From Trichomonas gallinae (lineage: Eukaryota), in assembly GCA_008369845.1 (NCBI GenBank), contig MRSU01010797.1, forward strand, positions 1 through 64,000: DNA of 64,000 nucleotides, read 5' to 3'. Shown here in pieces: positions 9,725-21,609 of this stretch. The notes below the pieces were generated by a model. It had not been told where the DNA came from and did not search any database. It worked only from the letters and a program-made list of their open reading frames with translations. A program made the position numbers and the translations under genes. Positions within the stretch are counted from its first letter, which is position 1. Every line of letters starts with the position of its first letter.

Positions 9725-12700
9725 ATGAGTTTAATCGATAAAAATATAGCGGAATTTGTTAAGGCGGAGAGCAAAACCTTCCCCAAATTAGATCTCTCCA
9801 AGCCTGCTTATCAGATTACTAATATTCAGGTTCCAATTTGGGAAGAGCCGGAATATCCTATGAATGATAACGCTGGCTTGAACTTCTATTGCACTCCCCC
9901 GAAGCTTATCACGCGCGAGTATCAATCTCAGTCGCTTGGAAAACAGATAGAGTCAGTTGATACGACATTATTGCAATTCGAAGGCACAGTGAATCTCGAA
10001 GCAGCGCAAAAAGATTTCGATACAAAAGTAAAGTCAGCGCCACCTTTAGCATCAATTTATCAAAAGAATCTCCCGAATTATCCAATTGATTCAAGACCAT
10101 CTGTTTCTTCGCTCGACGGGAACCAATTAAAATATCTTACAGTCGAGATGAAGGACTTCACCTCATCCGCGGAAATTATAGAGCCGATTATCATTTCATG
10201 CTTCCTTTACGATCTTGATCTCAAGCAGCACGTGTCGGAAACGTGGCGCATCGTTCCCAAATCATTACACTCATTACCAAACTGCAAGGAGTTAATCAGC
10301 AATTCGATTATCAACGCACCAAATTCAGTTTCATTTCCATTCACGACGGCCGCTGGACATAATAGGATTATCTTCGTTGCCTCACTCGATAGGCTTCTTG
10401 TTAAGGACGGCGGCCAGTCCCTTGAGAAGTATATCGCGAAAGCTTCATCATCAACAAAGAAAAATGCCCAGGAAGATATAAAGAAATGCAACCAAAAGGA
10501 TACATCTCAGACATTCGCTTGGTGCTACTCAGGCTTCGCAGAGTTGATTCCCCCGTCAGAATCTGGTTTGAAACACTTAAATACATTTATTCCATGTTCT
10601 ACGCTCGATAACGATTTTCTCACAAAGGAATTGGCAAATATTGCAAAGTCGAAGGATAAAGTCTATCCATTTACGCTCTCTCTCAACGTTTACGCTCATG
10701 ATTGCGGATCAAAGAAATTACAGCATTTTTACAGCTTCGCGCACGCATCACCTTACCTCACGTTCCAAAATAAGCTCTTCTTGAACCTCAAAGAGGCAAG
10801 ATTCAAGAAACCAAGAATTCGAATAAGAAATGTTGTCATTCATATTAAAATACTCGCCGACGGAAAACCATTGAATTTATTCTCCGGTTCTGATACTTAC
10901 GTCTCGAGGGTTCATTATCACGAAGAAAGACCGAATTTTCACGATGAAGCTTTAATCGTGCTTCCTCTTCAACTTCCGCCGAAAGTAATGATTGAATTCA
11001 CAATCTATCACGCATCTGTCAAGCCAGGTGCTGCAGCTCCTCTTGAACCGTGCGGAAAAGCAGAATTTCCACTTTTCGAAAACGACGCGATTATTGCTGA
11101 CGGCGACCACGAAGCCACAATCAACTACGGCACAGACATCCCAGCAGATCAGTCAGAAAGCCACAAACAAGGAAATCACATCCTATTTTCAACAGAATTA
11201 TTCTCATCTTGCTTCTCTTCGAACTCAATCATCAACAGAATCATGAGAGGCGAAATTGTCAAAGAAGCCCCACCAATTGAAGCACTCAACACATCAATTT
11301 TCGCAGTTCTCGATACTATCTTGATGGCTGTCGAAAATGACAAGGAAGATGCATTCGAATCCCTCATGGAGATCCTTAGCAACTACAAGAAAGAGCGAGA
11401 TGACCCAAGCAACCAAAATCTTATCTTTTATGTCGCGTATTGCGCATTCAGGTGGCAATCTAAGGACTTCTACAAGCACCTCGCCGCCCAGTGGCTCAAG
11501 TATATCGAAAATGATCCGAAAAACAACAAACGCACAGATATTTCTGCCGCTTGGTTCTTGTTCGACTTAATCATCAAGTCTCTCGCCATTACGACAAACA
11601 AGCACGAACTCGGTGACATTATCACGCTTTGCGGCCATTTAACAGACGGAATGGAATATCTCAGACTTCAACGCTTAGCTGCAGGCAAATCCTTGAACAA
11701 ATACATGGCCATGTTCATCAAGGATATCATCGAGATTTCCAGCCGCAGTATTGGCTTCCAAATACTAGCGAAACACATCGGATTTCTCAAATTCAAAGAG
11801 CTTTTCGACAAGGAGTGCTTCCGCGATTTGCTTCCTATTATTCTCACTCCAAAGATCTTCCTCTTCTCACTTGTTAAAATCAACGACAACGAAACATTTT
11901 TCGATAAATATTTTGTCGACCAAATCGCGAAAGTTTTAGATTCCGAGAAGTTCGCAAACCTCACATTTCATACGTTATTCGATTTGCTATCTCAGTTCGA
12001 TAATAAGCAGCATCAATTCATTTTCAAGAAACTCTTCAATCTTCTCAACGTAATCTGCACAAAAGTCGACGTCTTCACACAATACGAGTACAAATACAAC
12101 TATGTTTACATTTTCGCTGTTGCTCAATATATTTTATCTTATATTCTCCAAGATGGAGCAATTCAGCACAAACCGGAGTGGTGCAACATCATTTCATTCA
12201 TGCTCACCAACGCAAAACACTTCACAGGCGAAGATAAAACAAAGATGCTCAATGATTACGCGAAACGTGATGAAGAGGACCTCACGAATAACATGCTTAG
12301 CCACATCACACAATTCAAGAATACCGGCTCAATCAGCAAACAAACTGGCTCCAGAAGATTCGCTTCTCTCAAAATGGCGAAGACAACTGATAATATCAAG
12401 CGCCCGCACGAACAGCAGCAAATCTTGACTATCTTCGACGCATTGACATTCGGAATTCAGACGATTGCATTGAATTTCCTCGATAAATATAATTCGATCG
12501 GAATTGTTAACAATATTCTTGTTATTTTCTTCGATATTGAGCTCAGCCCATATTTGCAGTGCGATTATTTGAACTTTATCAACAGGTTCATCATGAAAGA
12601 TACAAAGAAGGAGAATTTCCTTCTTAAAGATCCAAGATCCAACCTCAAGCACATCATAATGCGCATTATCAAGCATCCAACATCAGATAACATCAAGATT

Positions 12701-14311
12701 CTCACAAAGATCAAAGAATGCGAACAAGCTTCGCTCGGCAACTGCATGCGCACCAACATTCTTCTTTCTAGAGCATTCGGCAAGATTCCGCCAACAGATA
12801 AGCACATCGAGCTGATGACTGGAACTCCATTCGAAGATTTCGTCAAGAAACTCCACAAAATCAACACAGATCTTACACCAGAGCTCAAATCCAAGAATCC
12901 TGACACTTACGCCGATCTTTTGTACCAAAAGGCAGAATTGCTCAAAGATTCGCCAGACATTCAGATCGAAATCCTCCTCCAGCTCCACGAGCATCAGCTT
13001 CAGCATCAGTACAAGAGCGAGGCTGTTATGGCCCAGCTCTGCGCTGCTGCTATTGTCGCTGAGTATATGTATCATTTCAAGAAGATCCCCGAAGAATTCT
13101 TCAGGACTAGGCATCCAGTTAGGAAATTCGCTGTTGCTTGCCCAGTTGCTGCCAAGTTTGAAATTCCTGATTCTGAAATCAACAATCTGCCAAATATAAG
13201 AGGCTACTGCTCATCCAAATACTTCACTGAGTTCGGCCTCATCTATTTGATCCAAACAGCTATGGAAACTTGCAAAGCTGTCGCATTATTCGAATTGTCA
13301 ACACGTATCCACAGCCTTCTTTCCCCAATTGCCCAGTACAGATCACTTTGGCGCGTTCTTCAGAACCACTACATGACAGGTCAAATCTCCTGGCAAATTG
13401 CATCAAATATGTCAACGGCAAACGACAGAAATCTCGGTGCTTACTACAAGGTTGAGTATCCAGACCACGGCGTCTTCATCTACAGAGAGACAAACCTCAC
13501 AAATCTTTGGGCTGTTTGCAATAAATTACAAAAGGCTTCTGCTTACTACGCCGCAGGCAAAGAAGTTGTTTGCGTCACAGAAGGCCAGGAGCTTAACAAG
13601 GAGAAGTTCAACGATCCTAACAAATACTATGTCCACGTCAAGCATCTTACTCAGTACTTCACCCCAGAAGAGCACCAGAAGAGATTGACAGCCTTCGAGC
13701 AGAACCACAACATCTCCCAGTTCTACTTCGACGTCCCATTCTCAAAGGACGCACAGGCTACATTAGAGAACTGCTACTTGAAGCGTACAATTTTCACACT
13801 CACCGAGCCTCTTCCTTTCTTGGTCGCCAGAGTCAAAGTCGCACCAGAGAACATCAAGGAGATCATCTTCAGCCCGATCGAGTACGCCGTCCAGAACATC
13901 CAGGGCCAGGTTTCGAAGATCAGAGAGGCTTGCAACAGAGTCAGGAACGAGCTCAAGGACTTGGCCACGAAGGAGGCATTGCACGGAAAGAAGCAGAACG
14001 TCGACATGAATACAGTGCCTTCATTCAAAGAGCTGCAGCCGCTGATCCAAGGCTCACTGCTCGTCCAGGTTAACGAAGGTCCAGAAAAGATGGCCCAGGT
14101 CTTCTTGAACAGACAAGCACCAGATGAGAGGTACGCGCAGCACCAGGATATGCTCAGGCAGATCTTCAGAGAGTTCCTCACAGCAAACGACGAGGCTGTA
14201 ACAATCCACGGCGAGATGGTTGTGAAGCTCCCAGTTTACTCTGTCCTTCAGGAAGAATTGGTGCTCGGCCTCAGCAAACTGACATCAAAGCTTCAACAAT
14301 TCCTCAAATAA
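9725..14311 (+). CDS. DOCK-family Rho/Rac/Cdc42 GEF (C2/DHR-1 plus C-terminal DHR-2)
   Basis: DHR-1-like YHEERPNFHDE...LPLQLP...FTIYHAS; DHR-2 motifs YKSEAVMAQL, FYFDVPFSK, KRTIF...LPF, SPIEYA, LQPLIQGS...QVNEGP. Confidence 0.92.
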   Translation: MSLIDKNIAEFVKAESKTFPKLDLSKPAYQITNIQVPIWEEPEYPMNDNAGLNFYCTPPKLITREYQSQSLGKQIESVDTTLLQFEGTVNLEAAQKDFDTKVKSAPPLASIYQKNLPNYPIDSRPSVSSLDGNQLKYLTVEMKDFTSSAEIIEPIIISCFLYDLDLKQHVSETWRIVPKSLHSLPNCKELISNSIINAPNSVSFPFTTAAGHNRIIFVASLDRLLVKDGGQSLEKYIAKASSSTKKNAQEDIKKCNQKDTSQTFAWCYSGFAELIPPSESGLKHLNTFIPCSTLDNDFLTKELANIAKSKDKVYPFTLSLNVYAHDCGSKKLQHFYSFAHASPYLTFQNKLFLNLKEARFKKPRIRIRNVVIHIKILADGKPLNLFSGSDTYVSRVHYHEERPNFHDEALIVLPLQLPPKVMIEFTIYHASVKPGAAAPLEPCGKAEFPLFENDAIIADGDHEATINYGTDIPADQSESHKQGNHILFSTELFSSCFSSNSIINRIMRGEIVKEAPPIEALNTSIFAVLDTILMAVENDKEDAFESLMEILSNYKKERDDPSNQNLIFYVAYCAFRWQSKDFYKHLAAQWLKYIENDPKNNKRTDISAAWFLFDLIIKSLAITTNKHELGDIITLCGHLTDGMEYLRLQRLAAGKSLNKYMAMFIKDIIEISSRSIGFQILAKHIGFLKFKELFDKECFRDLLPIILTPKIFLFSLVKINDNETFFDKYFVDQIAKVLDSEKFANLTFHTLFDLLSQFDNKQHQFIFKKLFNLLNVICTKVDVFTQYEYKYNYVYIFAVAQYILSYILQDGAIQHKPEWCNIISFMLTNAKHFTGEDKTKMLNDYAKRDEEDLTNNMLSHITQFKNTGSISKQTGSRRFASLKMAKTTDNIKRPHEQQQILTIFDALTFGIQTIALNFLDKYNSIGIVNNILVIFFDIELSPYLQCDYLNFINRFIMKDTKKENFLLKDPRSNLKHIIMRIIKHPTSDNIKILTKIKECEQASLGNCMRTNILLSRAFGKIPPTDKHIELMTGTPFEDFVKKLHKINTDLTPELKSKNPDTYADLLYQKAELLKDSPDIQIEILLQLHEHQLQHQYKSEAVMAQLCAAAIVAEYMYHFKKIPEEFFRTRHPVRKFAVACPVAAKFEIPDSEINNLPNIRGYCSSKYFTEFGLIYLIQTAMETCKAVALFELSTRIHSLLSPIAQYRSLWRVLQNHYMTGQISWQIASNMSTANDRNLGAYYKVEYPDHGVFIYRETNLTNLWAVCNKLQKASAYYAAGKEVVCVTEGQELNKEKFNDPNKYYVHVKHLTQYFTPEEHQKRLTAFEQNHNISQFYFDVPFSKDAQATLENCYLKRTIFTLTEPLPFLVARVKVAPENIKEIIFSPIEYAVQNIQGQVSKIREACNRVRNELKDLATKEALHGKKQNVDMNTVPSFKELQPLIQGSLLVQVNEGPEKMAQVFLNRQAPDERYAQHQDMLRQIFREFLTANDEAVTIHGEMVVKLPVYSVLQEELVLGLSKLTSKLQQFLK

Positions 14312-15237
14312 GAAATGTTTCACTCTTTCTAATAAAATTTGTAATTTCGAGTAATATCTTATCATAGTATTTATCTAAATTATTGCAAAATCATCAGGAA
14401 TTTAATCAAAAAAATATTTTTTGAATTTTCTCCAAAACGATTAGGATATTTCAATATTTTACAGTCTTAGCTATTGATTTCTTTAAGCGATTATATCTAA
14501 TGGTGAAAATTAATTCCTTATTATTTCGTGAGTAGTCGCAAAGCAAGTTTAATCGACAAACAATAATATTCTATGGGAAGCGGAACTGTAAATTATCAGT
14601 TAAACATATCCGGTAGCAGAGGACATGTTTTGTACAAATTAAATATTTATTTTGGCCTCTATGTTTGTTAAACACATATATAATAAAGTAAGCTTCATTA
14701 TATTTAAAAATAAAAGGAATAAATAGCAATTTTTTTCTAAAAAATTAACGAATTTCATAAAAATTTTATTGATTTATGATATATGTCTATATTAGAGAAA
14801 TAATTACAATTTGCTAACTTAACATAAAAGTGACAGAATTGTTATCAACCACCAAATCTTAATATAAACAGTATAATTAATATTCACAGATTTTATAGAT
14901 GCTGATATAATCAACACTTTGATCAGTTTTATATTTTTGATAAAGTTTTCTTCGACAAAATAATTCTAAACAAAAATCACCAAACATAATAAACTATTTA
15001 ATCTAATATAGATAATGATATAATTAAGACTAGGATGCATATGATTATAATGATTAAAATGAATAAAAACCTAATTTTAGGGAGAAAAAAATCGATTTTT
15101 GTAAATTATCAAAAAATTTAAACGTGACAGCTATCGGTAAAAGTGACAAGTGAAGTGACAATTTCGAATGATTTTGTTCTTTTTAGTATATAGTTTGATA
15201 TTATTATAAAATATGTTTTTGGCACTTTTATTTTTTA

Positions 15238-17673
15238 ATGTCATCACCGAAAATCAAGATACAGCTTCAACAACCAATTCCACCACCTCCGCCACCACCT
15301 ACTTATTATCAGGGCACTGCGTACCAGAACAAGGACAATGCTCCACCTCCTCCGCCTGCTGCTGGACCGTCAAACATAAAAGTGTTAAAAATTTCGCAAA
15401 GTCCTCCACCTCCACCTGATATACAGTTGTTGGCACCACCAGTACCAATAGATCTATTGCCTCCACCTGACAATAAGTCGCCAGAAACAGCACCTTCGCC
15501 ATTAGAAAAATTATTTTCTAATCCTCTAAAAGATCAGGTGAATCCTGTGCTTAATTCCGATGCACTCAATGATGCGCACAAGTTTGATGACATAATGAAC
15601 GCTCAATTCATGCCAACAAACCTTCCATTGAATTCAATCTCCGCTTTATTACTGAATAACGGGCAAAACAAGAAACAATTCAATTTCACACCAGGCATGT
15701 TTAGTGCTCTTGACAAATTAACGATCGCTGCACCACAAGATGATGCAGAAGAAATTGAAATTCAAACATCAGCTCAACTTTCGTTCACACCAACATGTTC
15801 TATCACATTCTCGAGAGCTACATATCCTACCCTTCAGCATTGCATCGACGCAGCTCCTGATAAAACTTTCATTATTGTTCCTTCAGGCATTTATCCTGAG
15901 AGACTCAGCATCAAAAAGAAAGTAGCACTCGAGGGAACAGGAAGTGTGTCGATTTGTGGTGCCGACATTTCAGATAACTGTACTTTCTCGAAGATCCAAT
16001 TTCAATGCGATAATAAAGGCAAAGGTGGCGATGTAGCTATCGAAGGAAACTCCATCGTCAATTTCACGAACGTTTCATTCCTTACAAACGAAATTAACGC
16101 GCTCAGCATGAAAGATGTCGCAATTGTCACTTTAAACGATTGCAGGATTACTTCATTACAGCTGCCATGCGTGTTTCTCAACTCTAAGGCATCAATGATG
16201 GCTGTTAACACTAATTTCGAGGGCTCCCAGTCTTATGGAATTATTTTAGCTGACGAATCAACAGCTACATTCGAAAACTGCTCAATCAGGAGGAACGGAA
16301 AGGCTGCTGTTTGCACAAATGGAACGTCAGCTGTCAACATGAACAACTCTTTCGTCGAATTTAATTATGATGGATTCGAATTAAACAGCCCAGGAGCTGT
16401 TAACATAGAGAATTCGTCTATTTCATTCTCGACGAACTATGGATTCATAGTTAAATGCCGCAGTTTCGTTCAGTGCAGGAAATGCACTTTTGATTCCAAC
16501 AAAGAAGGCACTACACTCGCATACAACGATGGAATTTTCTTCAGTTTCGACAGCACATACAAAGGCACACCAGAAAAGCCTATCATATACTTAGCAGAAA
16601 AAGGAAACTTTTCATCTGCGAACGACAACTTCTCAGGAAAATGCTTAAGCGCCATTGCAGCAGCATCAAGTTCAGAAGTATATTGCGAGAACAGCATTTT
16701 CAATCTCCAGGGCTCAGGAATTATTGCTGCCCAATCTACAGTCAACGTTAAAGGCATCACTTTATCTGCTACAACAATGGCAATACAACTGATATCGTCA
16801 TTTGTTGATCTTAAAACATCCAAATTCGCGTCTGAAGAAACAACAATTTCTCTTGCTGGCATTAGAGGCACAATACAGGACTGTGAGTTCACTGGCAAGA
16901 CTATAGGCTCAGAAATCAACAATGTCGAAGTTAAAGTTATCAATTCTTCGTTCATTGGATATAAGGTTGCTGCTTCAATTCAAACAGGAACTCTTGTATT
17001 CGAGAAAACGTCATTTAAGAATAACCAGACAGGTATTGAGAATGTAAACGGCTGCCTAACATTCGCAGAATGCGTTTTTGCAACAAATGAGACACATATC
17101 ACACAGAAAGGTGGTGATATTAAGGCAGGAAAGACAAGATTCATTGACGCCCAGCAGTTTGCCATCTCAATGACAGGTGGAAAGGCTGCTCTCAGTGATT
17201 GCGAAATATCGAAGAACAAATCAGGCGTTGACATTGGAAGATCAGACTTATTTGTCGAGCGCTCATTCATCAATGACAATGGCATGTTCGGAATCCAAGT
17301 CCGCTCGAAATCTTCTCTTATTGCACAAGCTACAAAGTTTGGAGGCCAATATAAGTCCATCATATTCATGTCATCAAGGGCGGTCATTTCCGACTGCAGC
17401 TTCGAACAGGCCTCATCATCGCATATTGAGATTATTCGCTCGAACGTAAATATCGACAAGAGTGAGATCATCTCAACACCATCTGCAGTATTAATCGCAG
17501 AAAACTCCAATTTGGCACTCACAAACTCTACAGTCAAAGGCTGCGACAAAGGCATCAGCATCAAAGGAGAAAACGCATCAGCGACAGTCACAGCTGTTCA
17601 TTTTGAGGAAACAGCCAAACCATTTGACGGAGAAGTGAACCTCATCAAACACAGCGGAATCACAGGTATGTAA
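15238..17673 (+). CDS. Right-handed parallel beta-helix (pectin-lyase-fold/CASH-like) protein with polyproline N-terminus
   Basis: YPTLQHCIDAA...IIVPSGIYPERLSI entry motif followed by about 600 aa of beta-helix repeats (xFxNC, NxF, GI); Pro runs at the N-terminus; no signal peptide. Confidence 0.85.
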   Translation: MSSPKIKIQLQQPIPPPPPPPTYYQGTAYQNKDNAPPPPPAAGPSNIKVLKISQSPPPPPDIQLLAPPVPIDLLPPPDNKSPETAPSPLEKLFSNPLKDQVNPVLNSDALNDAHKFDDIMNAQFMPTNLPLNSISALLLNNGQNKKQFNFTPGMFSALDKLTIAAPQDDAEEIEIQTSAQLSFTPTCSITFSRATYPTLQHCIDAAPDKTFIIVPSGIYPERLSIKKKVALEGTGSVSICGADISDNCTFSKIQFQCDNKGKGGDVAIEGNSIVNFTNVSFLTNEINALSMKDVAIVTLNDCRITSLQLPCVFLNSKASMMAVNTNFEGSQSYGIILADESTATFENCSIRRNGKAAVCTNGTSAVNMNNSFVEFNYDGFELNSPGAVNIENSSISFSTNYGFIVKCRSFVQCRKCTFDSNKEGTTLAYNDGIFFSFDSTYKGTPEKPIIYLAEKGNFSSANDNFSGKCLSAIAAASSSEVYCENSIFNLQGSGIIAAQSTVNVKGITLSATTMAIQLISSFVDLKTSKFASEETTISLAGIRGTIQDCEFTGKTIGSEINNVEVKVINSSFIGYKVAASIQTGTLVFEKTSFKNNQTGIENVNGCLTFAECVFATNETHITQKGGDIKAGKTRFIDAQQFAISMTGGKAALSDCEISKNKSGVDIGRSDLFVERSFINDNGMFGIQVRSKSSLIAQATKFGGQYKSIIFMSSRAVISDCSFEQASSSHIEIIRSNVNIDKSEIISTPSAVLIAENSNLALTNSTVKGCDKGISIKGENASATVTAVHFEETAKPFDGEVNLIKHSGITGM

Positions 17674-17822
17674 TTTTTTTTTATATCTATCATTAAACAT
17701 CTTTTCATTCATAGCATAATTCATCTTTTAAAATTAATTTTGATAGATGGATTACTAGTGACAAGACTTTTCAACATTCCACATTAAACACCATCAAACA
17801 GTTATTGGATAGGAAAAAAAAA

Positions 17823-19057
17823 TTAATGCTTATAAATATGAATTAAGTTTGTATAATCATTATTTTTGGGGTACTTATCTGCATATATCAACGGAAATAC
17901 AAATAAAGACACAATTCCTGTGAGAAGTATTAATACCCCAATCACACCAAGTGTACAACAACAACCACACAGGTCAAATGAAAAGAATCTATATCTGAAT
18001 GTTCTATTTTTGCAATCGATAATAGAATATTTAGCTTTAAATGAATATGATGAACTAATTCAAGATTTTCATCAGCTCCATGATCGATAAAGAATTGATA
18101 CAACTCATCATTTTTACGCATAGCTGCAAGTAGAAGAGGACATTTTTTGTCAACAATTCTGTTCATATTATATCCACGTTCTGCTAATTCTTTCAGACGA
18201 TCTAAGTATATATCCTATTGGCCCCTACCATAATATGGATGTAAATCACAAGCTTGAATATAATTATCAATTAATTCATCAACTAATTTGTCTGATGAAT
18301 GATCTAACAAATAGTTTCGGACTGCTTTTGTTGGATTAAGGTCATATAAGCTTTGATAGTTTCTAAGTGAAAAAGGAATTTTGTTTTCTAAACAAAAGCA
18401 AGCTGCACGAATATTACTTGATCTGAGACATTCATTGAATGAAATGCTTACTTGGGAATAGTTTTCAAGAATCCAATCTGCAATTGCGTGCTTTCGACAG
18501 AAAATTGCATGTTGAAAATAATCACTAAAATCAATTCCATTATTATACAAGTTTATAATAATTTCAGCATTTCCAGAATCTATTCCGGATTCAGGAGCTT
18601 CTATAGAATATTTTGCGCCATTTAATCTCAAAAATCTGAAGCATTTTATTGCTCCAAACTTGCATGAGATACTAATTAAATATGTTTGATTATTTTGAGC
18701 ATTTACTACTTCTATGTTTTCTTTTAAATATTCAATATTATCATGTGCAACAGCTGATTCTATGCTTAAGAAATATGTATTAGAATAGCTATTGAAAGGA
18801 GCGTCAAAGCCATTGTTTTTCATGATATCGTTCAAAGTTACCTTTCTTTTTTCCAAAATATAAGGTGTTTTTACATATTTTATATTATCGATAATCCTTG
18901 GGTTATTTTTGAAAGCTTTGAAAATCTCATGAGCTGCTGTTAAGTCTTTAATGCTTGTATCAACGTAATCATATCGCTCAAATAATTCGGGAACAGGGAA
19001 GTTCTGAAGTGACTTGTGAATTAGTGATTCTTTGCTGGTCGTAACATAATCAGTCAT
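17823..19057 (-). pseudogene. DUF3447/ankyrin protein split by an in-frame TAG (18215-18217) and a probable frameshift
   Basis: DUF3447-like segment (SCKFGAIKCFRFLRLNGA, AIFCRKHAIADWI). The same frame continues past the TAG into an ankyrin repeat (CPLLLAAMRKNDELYQFFIDHGAD). Another frame then encodes a TM segment and ends at TAA 17823. Confidence 0.75.
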
Positions 19058-19659
19058 TAAAAAAAATTGAGAAAAAATTTATGATTCCTAATTTATTTTT
19101 CTAATATAATTATCATATTTAGACTATATCGGCATATTTATTCATTTTTATGAAGTTATAATTCACATCTATGATGGATCCGATTTAAAATTTTTCTTCT
19201 TCAATTTTTTTGAGAAAATTTCGACGAATTTGAAGATATTTACGAGAAATCTTATCAAATGAACAAAAAATAACTAATCTATATAATTTCAAGTAGGAAA
19301 CATCCTCCATCTTATCAGATCGACTCTAAACTATGACGATTGAATGTATATGACATAGATAAACATTATCTCTAAGTGTAGCTTTTCATTTCTTGAACAT
19401 GTTTTGGAGATAATTTGAATTTAAAATTTTTCTATCAAAATCCATATTTAATATGAATAAAATATAATCATTACACGATTGTATGACTCTGTACTGTTAG
19501 CAGCGCAATCAAGTTATATTTTTGCTATTCTATATTAATTATGAAACATGGATCACAATTACTTTTGTATATAATCAACTCTTATCCTTGATATATTAAC
19601 ATATCTTTATACAAGAAAGAAAATTGAATGTTTATGAAGTACATTTATTAATGAGATTG

Positions 19660-20655
19660 TTAATCAATATTATATTCCATTAATTTCGGGATTGCTCCAT
19701 GTTTGCGGAGCATCTCAGCGATATCAGTGTTCTTGTATTGTATTGCTGCATATAAAGCCGAATTCTTCTTATTTGGAACTGGACATCTTTCCAAAATAAA
19801 CTCAACAAGCGAAGGAATTCCGAATATTATACTTTTAACGAGATAGTTGTTATAGTTAGGACGATCCAAGCATAGTTTATACAAGAATGCTTGAAGATTG
19901 AAGCTAGAAAGGATATAATTGTCAGAAATTGGAAGATTATATCTAGAATTAAGCATTATTATACAATCAAGGTTGCACATGATAATAGCATTCTCCATGC
20001 ATTCATCATCAGCCTGGAATTGAGTCTGCAGGCATTCTTTGATGATTTCATTATTTCCGCATCTAAAACATTGCTTGAAGCACTCATTTGTTATCTCACA
20101 ATCATTGCTCCTTAAAAAGTGGAATATTTCCAATGAGCCATGCAATGCGCTCCATTCTATAAGTTGCAAACTATTAATTGGCTTATTTAAGTTAATACTT
20201 TCGTTCATAACAACCTCTTTGAATCTATGGATATCATCATGGAGAATTGCATACAATATTGAGTCCTTTGGATAAACTTCTAATATTTCTTCAATTGTTT
20301 TTGATTGATGTCTATTAAACGATAAATTCCAGTTTACCTTATACTGCTTCACGATGAGAGCAATCATTGTGTCGCAAAATTGCCATTCTTCTGTTAAATC
20401 AATTTTATAATTATCCATCAATTTATTAAATAACGACCAATAGCCGTGCAAATACCTTTTATTGTTTTGGCAGGCACTGTCTATCATCTCTACAACAGCA
20501 TGAGGGCTCAAATGATATTTTTCGATAATTCCTTGAATTTCAGCAAAAAATTGATCAACATCATCAGTATCAAGATGGTATATGCGCGTGACCATGCTGA
20601 TGTAATCACCATATCTATCACTCAGAAGCTCGAATGTTTCACTGTCGAAATTCAT
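19660..20655 (-). CDS. DUF3447/ankyrin-repeat family protein
   Basis: ILYAILHDDI, WSALHGSLEIFHFLRSN, GNNEIIKECL, FGIPSLVEFIL, SALYAAIQYKNTDIAEMLRKHGA. Confidence 0.9.
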   Translation of the reverse strand: MNFDSETFELLSDRYGDYISMVTRIYHLDTDDVDQFFAEIQGIIEKYHLSPHAVVEMIDSACQNNKRYLHGYWSLFNKLMDNYKIDLTEEWQFCDTMIALIVKQYKVNWNLSFNRHQSKTIEEILEVYPKDSILYAILHDDIHRFKEVVMNESINLNKPINSLQLIEWSALHGSLEIFHFLRSNDCEITNECFKQCFRCGNNEIIKECLQTQFQADDECMENAIIMCNLDCIIMLNSRYNLPISDNYILSSFNLQAFLYKLCLDRPNYNNYLVKSIIFGIPSLVEFILERCPVPNKKNSALYAAIQYKNTDIAEMLRKHGAIPKLMEYNID

Positions 20656-21609
20656 TTTTGTCAGATTTTTCGAAGACAGAGAAAAGTGACAAAATCAGAA
20701 AAGTGACAATATTATTAAAATTTCATTTTATTTTTATATATAGACTCCTCATAGGCAATACTTTTATTTTCTTAACTTATTGTTAAAATTTAGCATATTT
20801 ATTCGGAACAGTCATAAAAAATCTAATCTAAAAATAAGAAATAATCAACTTTTAAGATATGATACATTTATTTATAAATCTTCTTATTCTATTTATCATT
20901 CAATTTGATCATAAACAACAATAAATATTTAGACAGAGTTTATAATGCGTATTATCTTTATGTATTGAAAGTTTGGTCAATAAGAATATTCCCGTTGAGC
21001 AAAAATAGCATTATCCATTGTGATAAAGCAATGGTTATCGCTTAGTTTATTTTATTACTGTAAGGAAATGATGGTTTTATACATGTTTTTTGAGTTCTAC
21101 CAGAGAAAATTCGTATATTACTGATGTACATTTTGTTTCTAAAGAAAACTTACCTCTGGCAATTGATGGGATAAATTTCCACAGTTTTTCAGAAAACTTC
21201 GGCTCAAATAATTCTCACACAATTTTTAGTAAATTTATATATAAATCAACGCAAAGATTATTAATATCATGTTTTCTCGCTGCAATCTTTATTTAACGGG
21301 CGTATCAGCAATTATATAATGTAGTGAAATATATTTAAATATCCAAAGTATGATTATTATTTTCATTCTGAAGTTTTGAATTAAAAATAATCGTATAAAG
21401 CAAAATTTTTCAAAAGCAGATTTTTCTATTAAATTACCTTAAGTAGACTAATTTCATTGCAATAAAAGTGACATTTCCAAAATTTGCCAAACCGAAAAAT
21501 TTTTTAACGTCATTTTCACAAAATAACAAAATGGTTATTCGAAGAGAGATTACCAATACGCAAAAAAATTATTTCCCATCGCCACTTTTTGAATACCACA
21601 TATTTTTGC

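Noticed and set aside
15213..15419. Overlapping ORF with a signal-peptide-like start (MFLALLFF...)
   Set aside because: It is an alternate frame of the Pro-rich region. An Inr-like GCACTT lies downstream of its ATG, so that ATG is probably not in the mRNA.
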